Below, one piece after another: positions 38,621 to 52,110 of a stretch of 64,000 bases of DNA; the stretch's first letter is position 1; each line of letters begins with the position of its first letter. The DNA lies in NCBI RefSeq assembly GCF_048593235.1, contig NC_133617.1, positions 421,766,958 to 421,830,957 of the forward strand. The letters run 5' to 3'. The notes under the pieces were generated by a model that saw only the letters and a list, made by a program, of their open reading frames with translations, did not search any database and was not told the origin of the DNA. The position numbers and the translations under genes are program-made. Source of the stretch: Sminthopsis crassicaudata. Its lineage: Eukaryota.

Positions 38621-40399
38621 GTAAGAAAGTGGGAATTACGGTTTCTCGGGTATGATTAGGACAGTAGGAAGATCCTTTTAAAAATGTCTATTTTCCTCCC
38701 TTTGGCCAAAGTTCTAGGATCTTACAACCCAGAATATTCTCAACAGAAACCATTCCTTCCCCCATTTTACTGTCTTATGCCCCAAGAAGCAGAACTACAA
38801 GTTATTGGAAGTCACAAGGAGGGAAATTTAGGCTTGAAATAAGGAAGAAAAACTTCTTAAAGAAGAACTGACATAAGATTTGCATTCATTGTCTTATTTG
38901 AACCTCATAGCAATCTTGTGAAACAGGTAATCTTATTTCTTAGCCTCATTTTATAGAGAGGAGGCTGAAACTCAAAACACTGAAAAGTGTCAGAAGTAGA
39001 ATCTAAAATCTTCCTTAGCAAGTCAAGCTGCCTCAGGCAGGTGACTCCCAACATAGAATGAAATGCCTCTGCAGGTGGTAGTGGAGAGTTGCAAGCAAAG
39101 GCTGAATGACCACTTGGGAGGAGATTCTAGGACTAACTGGCTGCTGAGTTTCCTTCCAAGCCTGAGATCTTGTGATACTGTAATGTAATGCATTATCTAC
39201 TTAGATTCCTTTTGAGATAGCGACAAAGCAGTTACTGTTTCAATGAGATATTGTTATAATTCCTCTGAGTATCAGGTTTTGAATTCCCTTGGCTTCCATT
39301 TAAAAATACAATGGACAGAGCCCTAGATTCTGCTACTCAATCTTTTTGGGTGACTTTAGGGAAATCACTTCATTTTCCTGGATCTTAAGTTTCTTCTTCT
39401 GAAAAATGTGAGGGAATTGGAAAGGAATGGGGAAGGAAGGGAATAAGCATTATAAAGCAACTACTATGTACCAGTCACTGTGCTAATCACTTTACAAATG
39501 TCATCTCATCTGACTCTCAGAACTTTTAAAGGTACATACTGTTATTATCCACATTTTGAGGATTATTGAATAGAAGTGACTTGCCTAGGTTCACACAGCT
39601 TGTAAGTATTAGAGGTTATAAGTTGTATCCACTATGTCACCAGCTGCCTGCTTAGGACTAGATGAATTCTAAGGTTCCTTTCTGTTCTAAATTTGTGATC
39701 TTACAAACCTCTTTATCTAGAAGAACCACTCAGGTAAGTTTGTTACTGATGGCTTAGGCAATGGAAATATGCCCTTATTGGCTTGTAATCGTAAAAATGA
39801 TCCTCCAGACGGTTTCACTCAGATGTCTAATCATGGCAAGGAATGTGGATTTTGGAGGCCTGTAACATCAGACACCATGCTCTGACAGGTTTTCATCTAC
39901 ATGGTATCTTTATGTTTGTAATCCTTGAAGTATTTAAGAAATAATGGTGTTCTTGGATTCTATAACTAGTATTGCCCACCTAACAATGAAAGTGGTCTTG
40001 CCCTAATACTCAACCAATTGATAACAAAGAGGCTCGAGCTGGGTGTTTATCTGGGGAGCACCCTTGTAGGGCTGACTCAGCCCCCAACACCTGTTCAAAA
40101 TAAAACACCAGATATGAAAATTGGAAAATTGCCACACTTTATCAAAGACACAAATATAAATTCGTGATAAGTATGCATGAAGTAAGATAGTCTCCATTGT
40201 AGGTGAAGAGGCCCAGTATTGGGCGAAACTGGGCTGTAGGTCAGTCAAATATCTTCCTCCATTGGGAGGAAGGGCCATAAGTTTCATCCAATAAGCATTT
40301 ATTAAACATGTACCATGTACCTAGGCACTGGGGATAGATGCAAGATTATGTGATGATCAACTATGATAGACTTAGGTTGTCTCAATAATTCAGTTATCC

Positions 40400-40703
40400 A
40401 GGACAATTGAAATATTCTTGGGATAAAAAATCTGTATCCAGAGGGAGAACTATGGAGACTGAATGTAGATTGAAGCATAGTATTTTCACCTTTTTGTTTA
40501 TTTGTTTGCTTTTTTTTCTTTCTCATATTTTTTTTCCTTGTGGTCTGATTTTTCTTGCACAAAATGACAAATATGGAATTATGTGGAGAAGGATTGTACA
40601 TGTTAAGCATTGTTTGCTATCTTGGGGAAGGGAGGGAAAAAAATCAGAACACAAAATCTTACAGAAGTGAATGTTGAAAACTTTTTTTTACATGTATTTA
40701 GAA

Positions 40704-40705
<2 letters not shown>
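40400..40705 (+). mobile_element. L1 3' UTR fragment followed by (TA)n/(TG)n
   Basis: ccagagggagaactatggagactgaatgtaga...gtgaatgttgaaaac. Confidence 0.75.
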
Positions 40706-40742
<37 letters not shown>

Positions 40743-41624
40743 GTACTCAAGGTAGAGAGAAAGAGAGGAAAGTGATATGTAATATAGTCTGGAAAGATAG
40801 GTTAGACTGATTTTTTTTCATTTTTAATAATTATACTTTATTTTAATATTAATTTTTAAGTGAAAGAATTATACTTCAATCTGCATTCATCATTTTTCTC
40901 TCTGGATAAAGATAACTTTTTTTCATAAGAACTTTGGAATTTTCTTGTATCATTATTTAATTAGAGTAACTTAAGTCTTTTACATTTGATCAAGGTCATT
41001 CTATTGCTGTATACAATGTTTGGATATGATTTTTAAGGGCTAAATGGAAGTGTCTGTATTTTACCTTAAAGGCTACAAAAAGCCATTGGAGATGTATGAA
41101 CAAATGAGTGACCTGGTCAGACCTGTACTTTAGGAATATAACAGGGTCACAAATTTAAAGCCAGAAGGGAATCCTCCCATTTTTACAGATGCGGAAAGAG
41201 AGGCTCAAAAAAAAGCTATTTAATTTGCCTAAAATAGCAAAGGCAGAATTTCAACTCAAATCCTCTAAATGTAGACCTGATTTTTTTTTTTTTAATTGTA
41301 CCACAAGAATTCCCCATCAGTTTGGCACTTCTCCAGAAAAGGATTTAGATAAGGGAGAAACAAGTTAAAAGGAGATCAGTTTGGATGCTGTTGAAGTAGT
41401 CTAGGTAAAAATGATAAGGAAATGATAAGGACATGAATGCCATCAACAAATACTGTCTTTCCTATCTCAAACTTTTTACTTCTGCCCTAGTTGCCCTAAG
41501 TCTGCAAGTTTCCTACCATAACTCCCAGGCAGGACAATCTAGGACACAGATGTTCTCAGAATACATAGCCCTTGTTGCCTTCCCCCTTTTTTAACCTGAA
41601 GTTTTGTTTGCTTTTGATTTTGGA

Positions 41625-41748
41625 AGCAGACTTAAGTGACTTGCCCAGGGTCACACAACTGGTAAGTGTCTGAAGCTGGATTTGAATTCAGGTCTTCCTG
41701 ATTTTAGAGCTAGTGCTCTATCCACTATGTCCCTTAACTGTCCCCTTA
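41625..41748 (-). mobile_element. Marsupial tRNA-derived SINE
   Basis: aagtgacttgcccagggtcacacaactggtaagtgtctga...tttgaattcaggtcttcc. Confidence 0.75.
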
Positions 41749-42323
41749 GCTGGGTTTTTGAGGGTCCCAAAGTGGGCTACTTTTTCCCACATTCACCTCT
41801 ATCCTCTATTTTTCTTTTTATTGAGAACTTAATAAACACCAAATAAATGAGCATTCTCATATATATTTTAAAATGGAAAAAAGCTTAGTTTTGCATGNNN
41901 NNNNNNNNNNNNNNNNNNNNNNNNNNNNNNNNNNNNNNNNNNNNNNNNNNNNNNNNNNNNNNNNNNNNNNNNNNNNNNNNNNNNNNNNNNNNNNNNNNNN
42001 NNNNNNNNNNNNNNNNNNNNNNNNNNNNNNNNNNNNNNNNNNNNNNNNNNNNNNNNNNNNNNNNNACTGTGATTTTGTGACTCCTTAGAGATTTCCTTTT
42101 GTTAGCTTTTCATTCTGGGAAGAGAGCCCTAGCTACCCATTAAGTGGAAAGAGTAACAAAGAGAAAGAGTAACAAAAATGCATAATCAAATTAAACAAAT
42201 TCCCACAATGATTGTCAGCCCTTTTAATGAGTGTCCTTGCTACAGTTGCTCCTTTACTCATGCAAATCTCAGGAGTTTTCTTGATATCTCAGGCCTTTAA
42301 TCATACCTTCTCCTTCCCTCCAG

Positions 42324-42487
42324 GACTGCAGGTCATTCTTTATATAGATGAAGAAGAATATAACCCCTTCTTGATATCATCAACTGGGGCTAAGGTCGTT
42401 ATCCACAGGCGAGATGAATATCCTTTTATTGAAGACATAGGAACAGAGATTGAGACAGCTATGGCCACTTCAATAGGAATGCACCTG
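42324..42487 (+). CDS. SCNN1G: SCNN1G exon 6
   Basis: ctccag|GA...CTG|GTAAGT; GLQVILYIDEEEYNPF...TSIGMHL; 164 nt. Confidence 0.97.
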
Positions 42488-43699
42488 GTAAGTGAGGATT
42501 ATTATGTGCTCCGAGGCATGTCCTGGAATAATAACAATTACAGCGCCTAAACTTACTTAGAACTACTTAGAATAGTTAAAACGTAGTTGCCAAAATATTT
42601 TTCAACTGAGGGTCCATAGACAACCCTCAAGTGATCTGTGAATTTAGCGTCAAAGGGGGGAATTATAATTTCTAAATGAGAATGAAATATAGTTGTCAAA
42701 ATATTTTTAAAAGCAAAGTCATAGATCTAAGTAACATAAGGAACTCTTAAGAAATTTAGGGATTAGCTTTGCTCAGCCTTCTATGATACTGTAGTTCTTC
42801 AAGAGTTTTTATTTCATCATTGTGTATTCTTTCTCCAGTGAGGCAAATGATCATCATCATTGACATTTAGATAATTTTGAAATTTACAGAATTCTTCACC
42901 TATAGTGTCTCATTTGCTTCTCACAAAAGAATCAGGAAATATGCCCTACTGTTCCCATTTTTCAGATGAAGAAACTTAAGCCCAGAGAAATTAAATGATT
43001 TTCCCAGAGTCAAGAGCCAGTAAATGCTAGGACTGGGATTTGAACTCAGGTCTCTCCTGACTTCAAGTCAGTCAATCACTTTTCTCTACTGTGCTGTTCT
43101 GTCTTCCATAACCTTTCATGCCTTAGTCTTCATAAGGTGCTCTAACTCCGCCTCCCCCAAAAGATCATTCCTCAATAGCCAACATTGTGGTGATAGACTA
43201 TAATCTGAACAGCAAATAATACAGCATGATGGAGCATACATGAAGTTTACATAGAGAAGAAGAGTATGAGAAGATTGTAAATATGATGTTTTGGGATCAA
43301 TAGATCAGAAAAATTATCATATTCATGTGTCTGGATCTCAAAAGGAATTTAACAAAGTCTCTAGAATCATAGCTGAAAGGGACCCTACAGGTCATTTAGT
43401 CCTATTTTCTCCCTCATTTTACAGATAAAGGAAAGAGTGAGACTCACTAATTTTTACTGATTGTAAATATCAGAGCTGAAATTTATCAGACTCCAAATCC
43501 AGTTCACTCTCTACTGCATCACTGATGGGTGTTGACACCTGTGATCTTTTTGGACAAAATTGTGAAAGATGTGAGAGAATTTGGCCCAGTTTCCTGTTAT
43601 AGGACAGTGAATGTGTAGTGAGGTTAAAAAATGTAGATTTGTGGATTGTCAGATAATGATTTTAAAAATCCTGGAGCTCTGCAAGTATATTTGACCTCT

Positions 43700-44968
43700 G
43701 CAGCTTTTGATCCTTGAATTATCCTTTTCTCATTGATAGCTCTCTTCACTGTAGGATTTTTATAACATTGCTTTTTATTGCTTCTCCTACCTCTCTAACC
43801 ACTCTTTCTCAGTCTTCTTTGCTGACTCTTCATCCAGGTCATGTCTACCAATCATGGGATTCCTTGAAGACTGTTCTGGAGTCTTTTCTTCTTTCATGAT
43901 ACTATTTCACTCAGTAATCTCAGTTCCTGTGGATTCATTTCAATCCATGCACAGGATTCCCAGATCTGTACAGCTAATCTCTCTCCTGACTTCCATTCTT
44001 GCACCCCTTAGAAGTCAGTTCTTCTAACCCCTTCATTGTACAAATGAGGAAATAGAGAAATGACTTCCTAAAAGTCACATATGGATTCTTTTACTTCAAT
44101 GGCCTACTAGCCATCTCAAATCGATTGTCCAACAAACACGTTAAATTCAGTGTATCCAAAACTGGACTCATTTTCTTCCCTCTCCAATACAACCCTTCCC
44201 TTTTTCTACCTTTCTTGTTATTATCTAGGATACCAACATCTTTCTAAGTTACCCTGTGTCATCCTTAAATCCTCACTCAATCTTACCCCCATATCCAATC
44301 TATTTTTAAGTCAGTTCTACTTTCACAACATTTCTTGTATATGCCTTTCTCTCTGCTCTAGGACTGCCTTTGGCCCAAGCCCTCATCACCTAACACTTGG
44401 ACTATTTCAGTAGTCCATTGGTTGATGTTTCTGCCTTTCCTTATGTCAGTCCACCCTCCACTCAGCTGCCAAACTGATCTTCCTAAAGTACAAATTTGAT
44501 CATGTCACCAGCACCCTCAATTAATAAAGTCCAGTGACTCCCTGATGATACTTCCAATATCAATTATTAAATCTTCTCTGGGGCTTTTACAGCCTTTCAC
44601 AAATTTACCCTTTTATTGTCCTTCCATATTTCATATACATTATACCTCTCGTCCCCCTCCCAAGTATTCTGCAATCCAGCAACATTAGCTCCTTTGCTGA
44701 CTGTCTTCTCTGCTTCCCTCTCTCCTCTTAGCTTCCTTCAACTTTCAGTCAAAAGTTCACCTTCTACAAGAAGCCTTTCCCATTCCTCTTTATGTTGATT
44801 ATCTCCAAATTTATCCTGCATACAATTTGTTTATACATAGCGGGTTTCATGTTGTTTGTCCCCTTTAGATTGTGAGCTCCTTGAGAACAGAGACTATCTT
44901 TTGTTTCTCTTTCTTATGTCTCCATGTTAGCACAGTGTCTGATGCATAGGAAGTGTCTAATAAATGAA
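43700..44968 (+). mobile_element. L2 LINE 3' portion in intron 6
   Basis: Pyrimidine-rich L2-like body ending ttgtgagctccttgag...taataaatgaatt. Confidence 0.65.
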
Positions 44969-45009
44969 TTGGAAGAGAGATGAAATTAGACTTATTTTTT
45001 AGTGAAGGA

Positions 45010-45330
45010 ACTCAGCCATTTTTGTGTTATGGAGGCTTTTAGGAGTCTGGTTTAGTCTTTGGACTCCTCAAAATAATGTTTGTTTTTTTTTAAATGCATA
45101 AAACAAGACTCACTCTATATCTAATTAAGTCTTGGAAAATCAACTTTTTCTACACCAGTAGTTCTTGCCCATTTTTGTGTCCCGGAGCTCTTTGTGAGTC
45201 TGGTGTAATCCATGAACCCCTGTTTAAAACAATGTTTTAAAATGCATAAAACTAATTACATGAAATCATAAAGGAAACCAATTGTATTGAAATATAGTTA
45301 TCAAAATATTTTTAAGAATCAAGATCATAG
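45010..45330. mobile_element. hAT-type MITE remnants; ~90-bp segment repeated at ~150-bp spacing
   Basis: ccatttttgtgt...agtctgg...aatgcataaaac occurs twice. Confidence 0.5.
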
Positions 45331-48173
45331 GCTCCAAGTTTAAAAAAATTATAGAAGGAGATAACATAATAATCATTTGGTTAAATAGTACTAGGCACAG
45401 AAATACAGAAATATAGGTAGTCAGGCAGTCTGGTTTTCTATGGCATTTCAGGCTGACCATTGAGAGTAGATGCAATCATAAAATTCAGGATCAGAACGTG
45501 ACTGGGATTCTGTAGCTATTTCCCAAGCTAAGAGCCTTCCAGGAGTCTGCCATTTTCTTGAAAGGTCTCTTAATGATGGGATATGAGCCCTGGCAAGAAA
45601 GGTTGAGCTCGAGAGTTCTTGTGAAAGAATTCACTCTATGGCAAAGAATAGGAAAGTTTTTTTTCTGAATATCACTAAGAAAGAGATTTCCTAATACAAC
45701 CTAATACAATCTGGAGATTTTGTTAAAAGATTTGTTGAGGGTACTTAGTTTTATGGATAGATCCCAGAGTTTGGGATTATTGAAACAATGGAGAATTTTG
45801 CAATTGAATAGGTTTCTGTTTAACTCTGTAGAAAGTTTAATCAGTATTGGGTGTTATCAATGGGGGCTGGTCTCTTGGGATAACAGAATGGGGCTAGTCT
45901 TCTGGGTGGGGTACAGAAGTAAAGTTCAAGGTAGCTTTCTCCTTGAGAGAAAAAGTTTCTTCTGGCTTCCCATTTCATTTTGAGTTCCTGATTCAACCAG
46001 GATTTTCACCTCAATTATTTTACTTCTATATTCACTCAGACTGCCTCTGTATGTTCTTTATACCCTGGGCCTTTCTTCAAATTGGTCACATAGATACAGG
46101 TGCAATTGAGAATACTGGATGCTGCCGCCAAAGTCTTCGATCCTTTACCAAAGGGAACTCCAAATAAACCCACTTCTGGCATTTACTGTCTACAGTTTAC
46201 AAGTCACTTAACTTCCAGTTTTCTCATCCATTAAATGAAGGAATTAAACTATTGATGCCCCCTTAGATCCTCTCCAGTTGTAGTTTCTCTATAGGATCTA
46301 TAATCCTATAAGAGGTCATTGAGTTCAGAACACTCTGGCTCTTTCCACACATTCAAATGAGGGAATTCTTTCTGCCACCTCAGGGAAATTAAGCCTCCTC
46401 ATGGTAGATAAAGAGTACAAAGAATGGAGAGAAGTTATTCCTCCTCTCCCCTCCCCACTTAGGGTGATTTAAGCCCATGATACCTGGGCAGAAGATAATA
46501 CTGGGAAAACATGGGGGAATTTAATTTCTGAAATTCTCTTTAGGTCATCTGAGTCTCACGACCATGTGGGTGGTTGTCTGGGTGGTTTCAGCTACTGAGC
46601 CCAAAGAATCATTTTCCTGCTCCCCAACCACCACCACATACCTAGTGTGAGCTTCCTACCCGGTCAGGAAACATGACCCAAGAAGCCCTGGAATCATAAG
46701 GTCTGATAACTATCTCTTCAAAGTCCAGAGCTATTTTGTTGATCAGATAGCCAAGAAATGAAAAATAATTCAAAATAGATTGCCCAGAACGAGACAGCTT
46801 GGCTGCCAGGTTCTCAAAGCCAAACTGTTACCTGGGCAGTCCCAACCAGCAATTGCTGAATGAAGCTTGACTTGGGTTTATCATTCTGATAGGTTGTACA
46901 GCTTTTCCGTGAAGCACATAAAGCTCCTTTTTAAAATTCCATGAATAACCAACAGCCCCAGAGGTGCCTCTATTAGCTAAAAGTATGATGGTCCAGAGAA
47001 ACTTTTGTGACTTCCAAGCTAAGTTCATGCTCAAGTGTGATAGAAGCTGAGTTCACCCGTACAAAATAGTACCCAGAATCAGGAAAGGGGGTCCAAAGGC
47101 CTTTCCTTGCTTGCAGCATGCACACAACATGCTTGTGCACACACATACTAACAATAATGCATTAGAAGCAACAATACTGACTCCTAACCCAAAGATAGGA
47201 AACTTATTCTGTTTCTTTTACCATGGAGACCCTGCTTTTCTAAACCAAGGAAGTCAACCCCTCTATAGCACTCATTCAAGGAGCTAAGTCTCAGACTCAT
47301 CCCCAAAACAGCCCAGAGGGAGTAGACCTCAAAAGGCCACTCTTTGGTTAAGATCTCCCTGAACCTTCCAAATTCTTCCAGAAATGAACTTGAAAGAAAT
47401 CCCAGGGTTCAGTAGCTTAAATCTGAAATGACTTCTCAATTTATCCACCTCACTTCTAACCCAGTGTGACATTTATTATTATCACCACAAGATTCACTTG
47501 GCAAGTCCAAGACTAAGGAGGCTGATGACTTCCTTCTGAGTACTTGACAAGTAGGTCACCTTGCTAATAGATTGTCATCTTGTGGTTAGACAAGCTGGTT
47601 TTCCCTAGGTGTGGTTATTGAAGAGAGATTAGTTCAATTCATTTCGATTTATTCAAACAAACATTTATTTAAGGACTTACTTCAAAGCCTGTGCTAGCCA
47701 CTTGGAAGAGCAACAAAGATAAACAAAGCATATTCTCTGTCTCTTAGAGAATTTTCAGTTTAATGGAGGGATGTGATAGAGAAAGACTTTTGATAGGTCC
47801 TTTAAGATCCAGAGGTGATTAGAAAAAGTTATTTCTCTTTCTTCCTCATTTTCCTCAGAGATCATATATTTAGAGTTGAAAAGATCATAGAACTCATGTG
47901 GTCTGTAACCATCACTTCTCCCCACTCTATTTCATTGATGGTGAAACTCAAATTCAGGAAAAATGTGATTTGCCAAAAGTCACATAAAAAAACAGGAGCT
48001 GAGATTTGATAACAAATCCTGACTCCAACACCTCTTTTCCATTGCCTACTACCAAGGCTACCATCTCCGTTTTGGTTTTTCATTTAAGTCATTGCTTCCC
48101 TCTGGCTATGGTGGGAGCTGTACTATGGGATAATCGGTGATATTTATCTCAGTTTTCTCTTTTGGGGTTTCAG

Positions 48174-48272
48174 ACGGAATCCATCAAGCTGAGTGAGCCA
48201 TATAGTCACTGCACCAAGGATGGCAGGGACGTGCCTGTTGATAGTATCTACAACGCTACCTATTCTCTCCAG
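48174..48272 (+). CDS. SCNN1G: SCNN1G exon 7
   Basis: tttcag|ACG...CAG|GTACTA; TESIKLSEPYSHCTKDGRDVPVDSIYNATYSLQ; 99 nt. Confidence 0.97.
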
Positions 48273-48757
48273 GTACTAAGCTGGGTGGGCAGGATGAGGA
48301 TCTCCATCTCCCAAGATGTGTGAGCACCCACCAGGAAGCTGGCGTGACACAGATGTCAAGGTCACACTCTAGCTGGGGCTGGGGAAATTCCACCTTGTAA
48401 TCAGTTGAGTGTGGGGGTGGGATCAGAAGATCAGAAATGGTGATAATAATCCCTGATATTATCTAATCACCAGCAAGACTTTGGGTACATTGCCACTGGC
48501 TAATACCAGTTTTTCTCCATGTCATCTGTAACTGGATCTTAATAGTCAAAGATTTTCCTGGAACACTGTGTTAAGAAAAGAAGGCTTCTTTTCCTAGATA
48601 TGAACCCTTTTACCTGGAATCTGGCAGATTAGACATGAGATTCCTCACATATACTGTAGAAATCTCTCCATAAGGGAAAGGAGATTGGGAATCCCCACCT
48701 GGAGCTGGAGGTGTGGAGGAAGGGATGGGGAGGAATCATCAGCATCTCTTCTTTCAG

Positions 48758-48875
48758 ATATGTCTTCACTCCTGCTTCCAGAGGCACATGTCCGAAAAGT
48801 GCCATTGTGCCCAGTTTAGTCAACCTGCACCAAAAAATGTCTCCTACTGCAATTACCAGAAACACCCCAACTGGA
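48758..48875 (+). CDS. SCNN1G: SCNN1G exon 8 (cysteine-rich thumb)
   Basis: tttcag|ATA...TGGA|GTGAGT; ICLHSCFQRHMSEKCHCAQFSQPAPKNVSYCNYQKHPNW; 118 nt. Confidence 0.97.
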
Positions 48876-49978
48876 GTGAGTTCTTATCAATAACTAGCAC
48901 CCCCGGGCTAGTCTCTCAAGATAGTGATTCAGAGGGAAAAGAGAGAGTGTGTCCAAAAACATAAAGCCAGAAACTTTAACCATTTAAATCAGTTTCAGGG
49001 AGGAGGGGGGTGGGGTAAAATGGCAAGACATGTAATTTAAATTTCATTATGAAGGAGAATTTCTTGATATAAGATTAAATCAGAAATGATAACCTTTCAA
49101 GAAGGACTTAAAATATTAAAATGGAGGAGATCCAGCCAATAAGAAGCATTTGTTTTCTAAAAACTAAAAGGATGTGAAGAATCAGAGGGTCTTCACAATG
49201 GAAGAGACCTTAGAGAGCTGGAAGTAGCCTTAGTAGTTATCTAACCTAACTTCTTCATTTTACAGATAAGGAAACTGATATTATCTCCTTTAGGAATTCC
49301 TTCCTAAACAGCCCTACATAGTATCTTTTGTCTACTCTTCAGTATGTAAAGAGAACTAAATTAGAGTGAGGAAGCCTGGGTCTAGCCCTACATCTACCAC
49401 ATTCAAGCTGTGCCCACTGACTTTATTTCTCTGGGCCTCAGTTTCCTGATCTGCAAAATCAGGGAATTAAACTACAAGGCCTTTTAAAATGTCCTTCTAG
49501 CTCAAGAGCTGAACCTACTTTCCCATCTATGTCTCTGGATTCCTCTCCAAAACAATGGATAGGGGCTGGAGGCAGAGTTGGGAAAGACTGGATGGCTCAT
49601 CAAAGTCAATGGAGAGGAAGGTGTCTTTTTTTGGGTATGCTCTCTGTCTGTTCCTCCAGATTTTAACACATTGGACATCATAGATAAGCAATAAAGTAGA
49701 GTGCAAAGAGATTTGGAATCAGAAGTGGGATACAATTCCACCCCTGTCATTCATTATCTATTGATTTTGAGCAGGTTACTTCAATATTCCAGGTCTTTCT
49801 CATTTTTCTTATCTGTAAAATAAAAAGGTTTCCACTCTCTAAATCTGTAATTCTATATGTGATGTGAAGGGAAAAAAAACCAAGAAATAGCGAGACAGGA
49901 AATGAGCAGGTTCAGGGAGTGACAGGGACCTTGTGGGAAATTTCATGGCCCTCATCCTCCATGGTCTTCCCTCCACAG

Positions 49979-50057
49979 TGTATTGCTACTATAAGCTGCA
50001 CCAGGCATTTGTCCAAGAAAAGCTGGGCTGCCAGGCCATCTGCCGGGAACCTTGCAA
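49979..50057 (+). CDS. SCNN1G: SCNN1G exon 9
   Basis: ccacag|TG...TGCAA|GTAAGT; (M)YCYYKLHQAFVQEKLGCQAICREPC; 79 nt. Confidence 0.96.
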
Positions 50058-50145
50058 GTAAGTATTGCCACAAGTAGGTGAGGGGTCTGCATTGCATTGG
50101 GTCTGGTCAAATTACAAGACTAATCTTGCCTTTTTTTCTCCGTAG

Positions 50146-50203
50146 ATCTAAAGAATGGTCTTTGACCACCAGTCTGGCTCAGTGGCCATCTGACATTTCA
50201 GAG
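50146..50203 (+). CDS. SCNN1G: SCNN1G exon 10
   Basis: ccgtag|A...GAG|GTGAGT; (K)SKEWSLTTSLAQWPSDISE; 58 nt. Confidence 0.95.
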
Positions 50204-50648
50204 GTGAGTTTGTTTCCCCCAATGGGTGTGGAAAAACTGTAGGGTCCTTCCAGCCTCTTGCAACCAGGTAGTACTTTCCTGCCACATAAGAGGACCAGTA
50301 TAGCTGAACTGGGACCTCGCTACTCTGTACAGTGTATTTGTGATCCAGGAGAAAAACCATACAGATAAGAGAAACAAAAAGCCTTCCTTTCCCTTCTTTG
50401 CCTCCTTGAAAAAAATCTGAACTTCAAACTAGATAAAATTAGCATTTCCATATGTAGATATATATTTGCATATGTTCATATATTATTGGAACAGAAGGAA
50501 AGAATAATATATGATCTGAATCTCTTAGTACTTGCTTTTTTTTGAGAGTCAGACTCTTCCAGGTAGAAGGCTTAGTTCCTTGAGGATTCATAATCAGCAA
50601 ATAAATCTTTCTATGCTTACTCATGCATATGTATTCTTTCTCCCTCAG

Positions 50649-50710
50649 AAGTGGATGCTGGATGCTCTCACATGGGATAAAGGCCAAAAAGAAAACAAAA
50701 GGCTAAATAA
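50649..50710 (+). CDS. SCNN1G: SCNN1G exon 11
   Basis: cctcag|AAG...AATAA|GTAAGT; KWMLDALTWDKGQKENKRLN; 62 nt. Confidence 0.95.
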
Positions 50711-51181
50711 GTAAGTTTTCTTCCATTCTTCGCCTCCTTTTCCTTTTTCTTGCTTTACCCATGTCTAACTTACAGGGTTCTTTCCATACTATTTGCATGT
50801 TTATTCTTTTCCCTAGTACCATGACTTCTACCCTTTTTTTGGAAAATCCTCCTTCTTCTGAAAGGACCTTTAATGGCAGATTGTAAAGCTAAGATACTCA
50901 TACTTTGGTCTTAGAAGGATATTTCCAAAATAGAAGACTACTTAGAGGACAAAGAAGAAACACAGGAGACAGGGAAGCACCTTCTGTTCTTCAAAGGGTG
51001 CTCTTGGCCATGATTCCCAGTCTCACTACTGAGACCCATGGGGAGCCCACTACATCTCCAAGACAGGATGGGGATTCCATTAAGGGAGCAATGGGAACAG
51101 GGATGTGACGATCTAACTGTCTCATGTTCTGCCCTTGGCCTTGACTCACTCCAGGTTGTTTTTATGTTTGCTTCCCTCCAG

Positions 51182-51257
51182 GACAGACCTAGCCAAACTC
51201 ATGATTTTCTACAAGGATCTGAACCAGAGATCCATCATAGAGAGTCCAGCCAACAGT
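51182..51257 (+). CDS. SCNN1G: SCNN1G exon 12
   Basis: ctccag|G...AGT|GTAAGT; TDLAKLMIFYKDLNQRSIIESPANS; 76 nt. Confidence 0.97.
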
Positions 51258-51720
51258 GTAAGTGATGCTTTCTCAAAAATGCTTTTTATTTCTCTAGGGT
51301 CAAAGACCCTGGAAATGGAAGCCAGATAGTATGGAGTCATAGGGAAAACCTGATTAGGTGGGAAGGGAAACTCTTATGTCACATTGGAGTAGAGGCGGGG
51401 TCAATTAACAATGGGAAATGACATAATCACATGTTACTAGAGCCTCTAGTTCTGTGTCAGTAGAGAAATCCTTTTGCTGCTAAGATTCTATCTCCCTCTT
51501 TCATGGTTTTTTTCTCCCACTGCAGGCTGCCCTTCTGAATTTGAGGTCCCCTCTCATGCCCACTACACTTCACAATAGGCACTTAATAAATGCTTAATAA
51601 GTTGTTGAATGATTGAATGCTGCTCAATATTTTTTGCAGATTGAGAAACTGTTGTTGAATGACTGAATGCTGTTGAGAATGGTTGAGTGACCAAATGCTG
51701 CTCATTACTTTTTTTTGCAG

Positions 51721-52110
51721 ATTGAGATACTGTTGTCCAACTTTGGGGGGCAGCTGGGTCTCTGGATGAGCTGCTCCGTGGTGTGTGTCCTTGAAATCAT
51801 TGAGGTTTTCTTCGTTGATTCCCTATCCATCATTACGCGACGATATTGGCAGAAAATCAAGAAGCGGTGGGCCCAACAGAACACTCAACAGGGCCAGTCA
51901 TCCTCTAGGAACCCTGAGGACCTTGCTGGCTGTGATAATCCAACTTGTGTTCTTGATGATGATCTACCTACCTTCAATACAGCTCTGCAATTGCCCCAGG
52001 CCCCAGGAGCCCAGGTGCCTGGGACCCCACCACCCAAGTACAACACTCTGCGTATTGAAAGGGCCTTTTCCAATCAACTTGAAGACACCCAAGACTCAGA
52101 AAATGTCTGA
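51721..52110 (+). CDS. SCNN1G: SCNN1G exon 13 coding part (TM2/selectivity filter, PY motif, stop)
   Basis: tttgcag|ATT; IEILLSNFGGQLGLWMSCSVVC...PGTPPPKYNTLRIERAFSNQLEDTQDSENV-TGA. Confidence 0.98.
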   Translation: MEILLSNFGGQLGLWMSCSVVCVLEIIEVFFVDSLSIITRRYWQKIKKRWAQQNTQQGQSSSRNPEDLAGCDNPTCVLDDDLPTFNTALQLPQAPGAQVPGTPPPKYNTLRIERAFSNQLEDTQDSENV

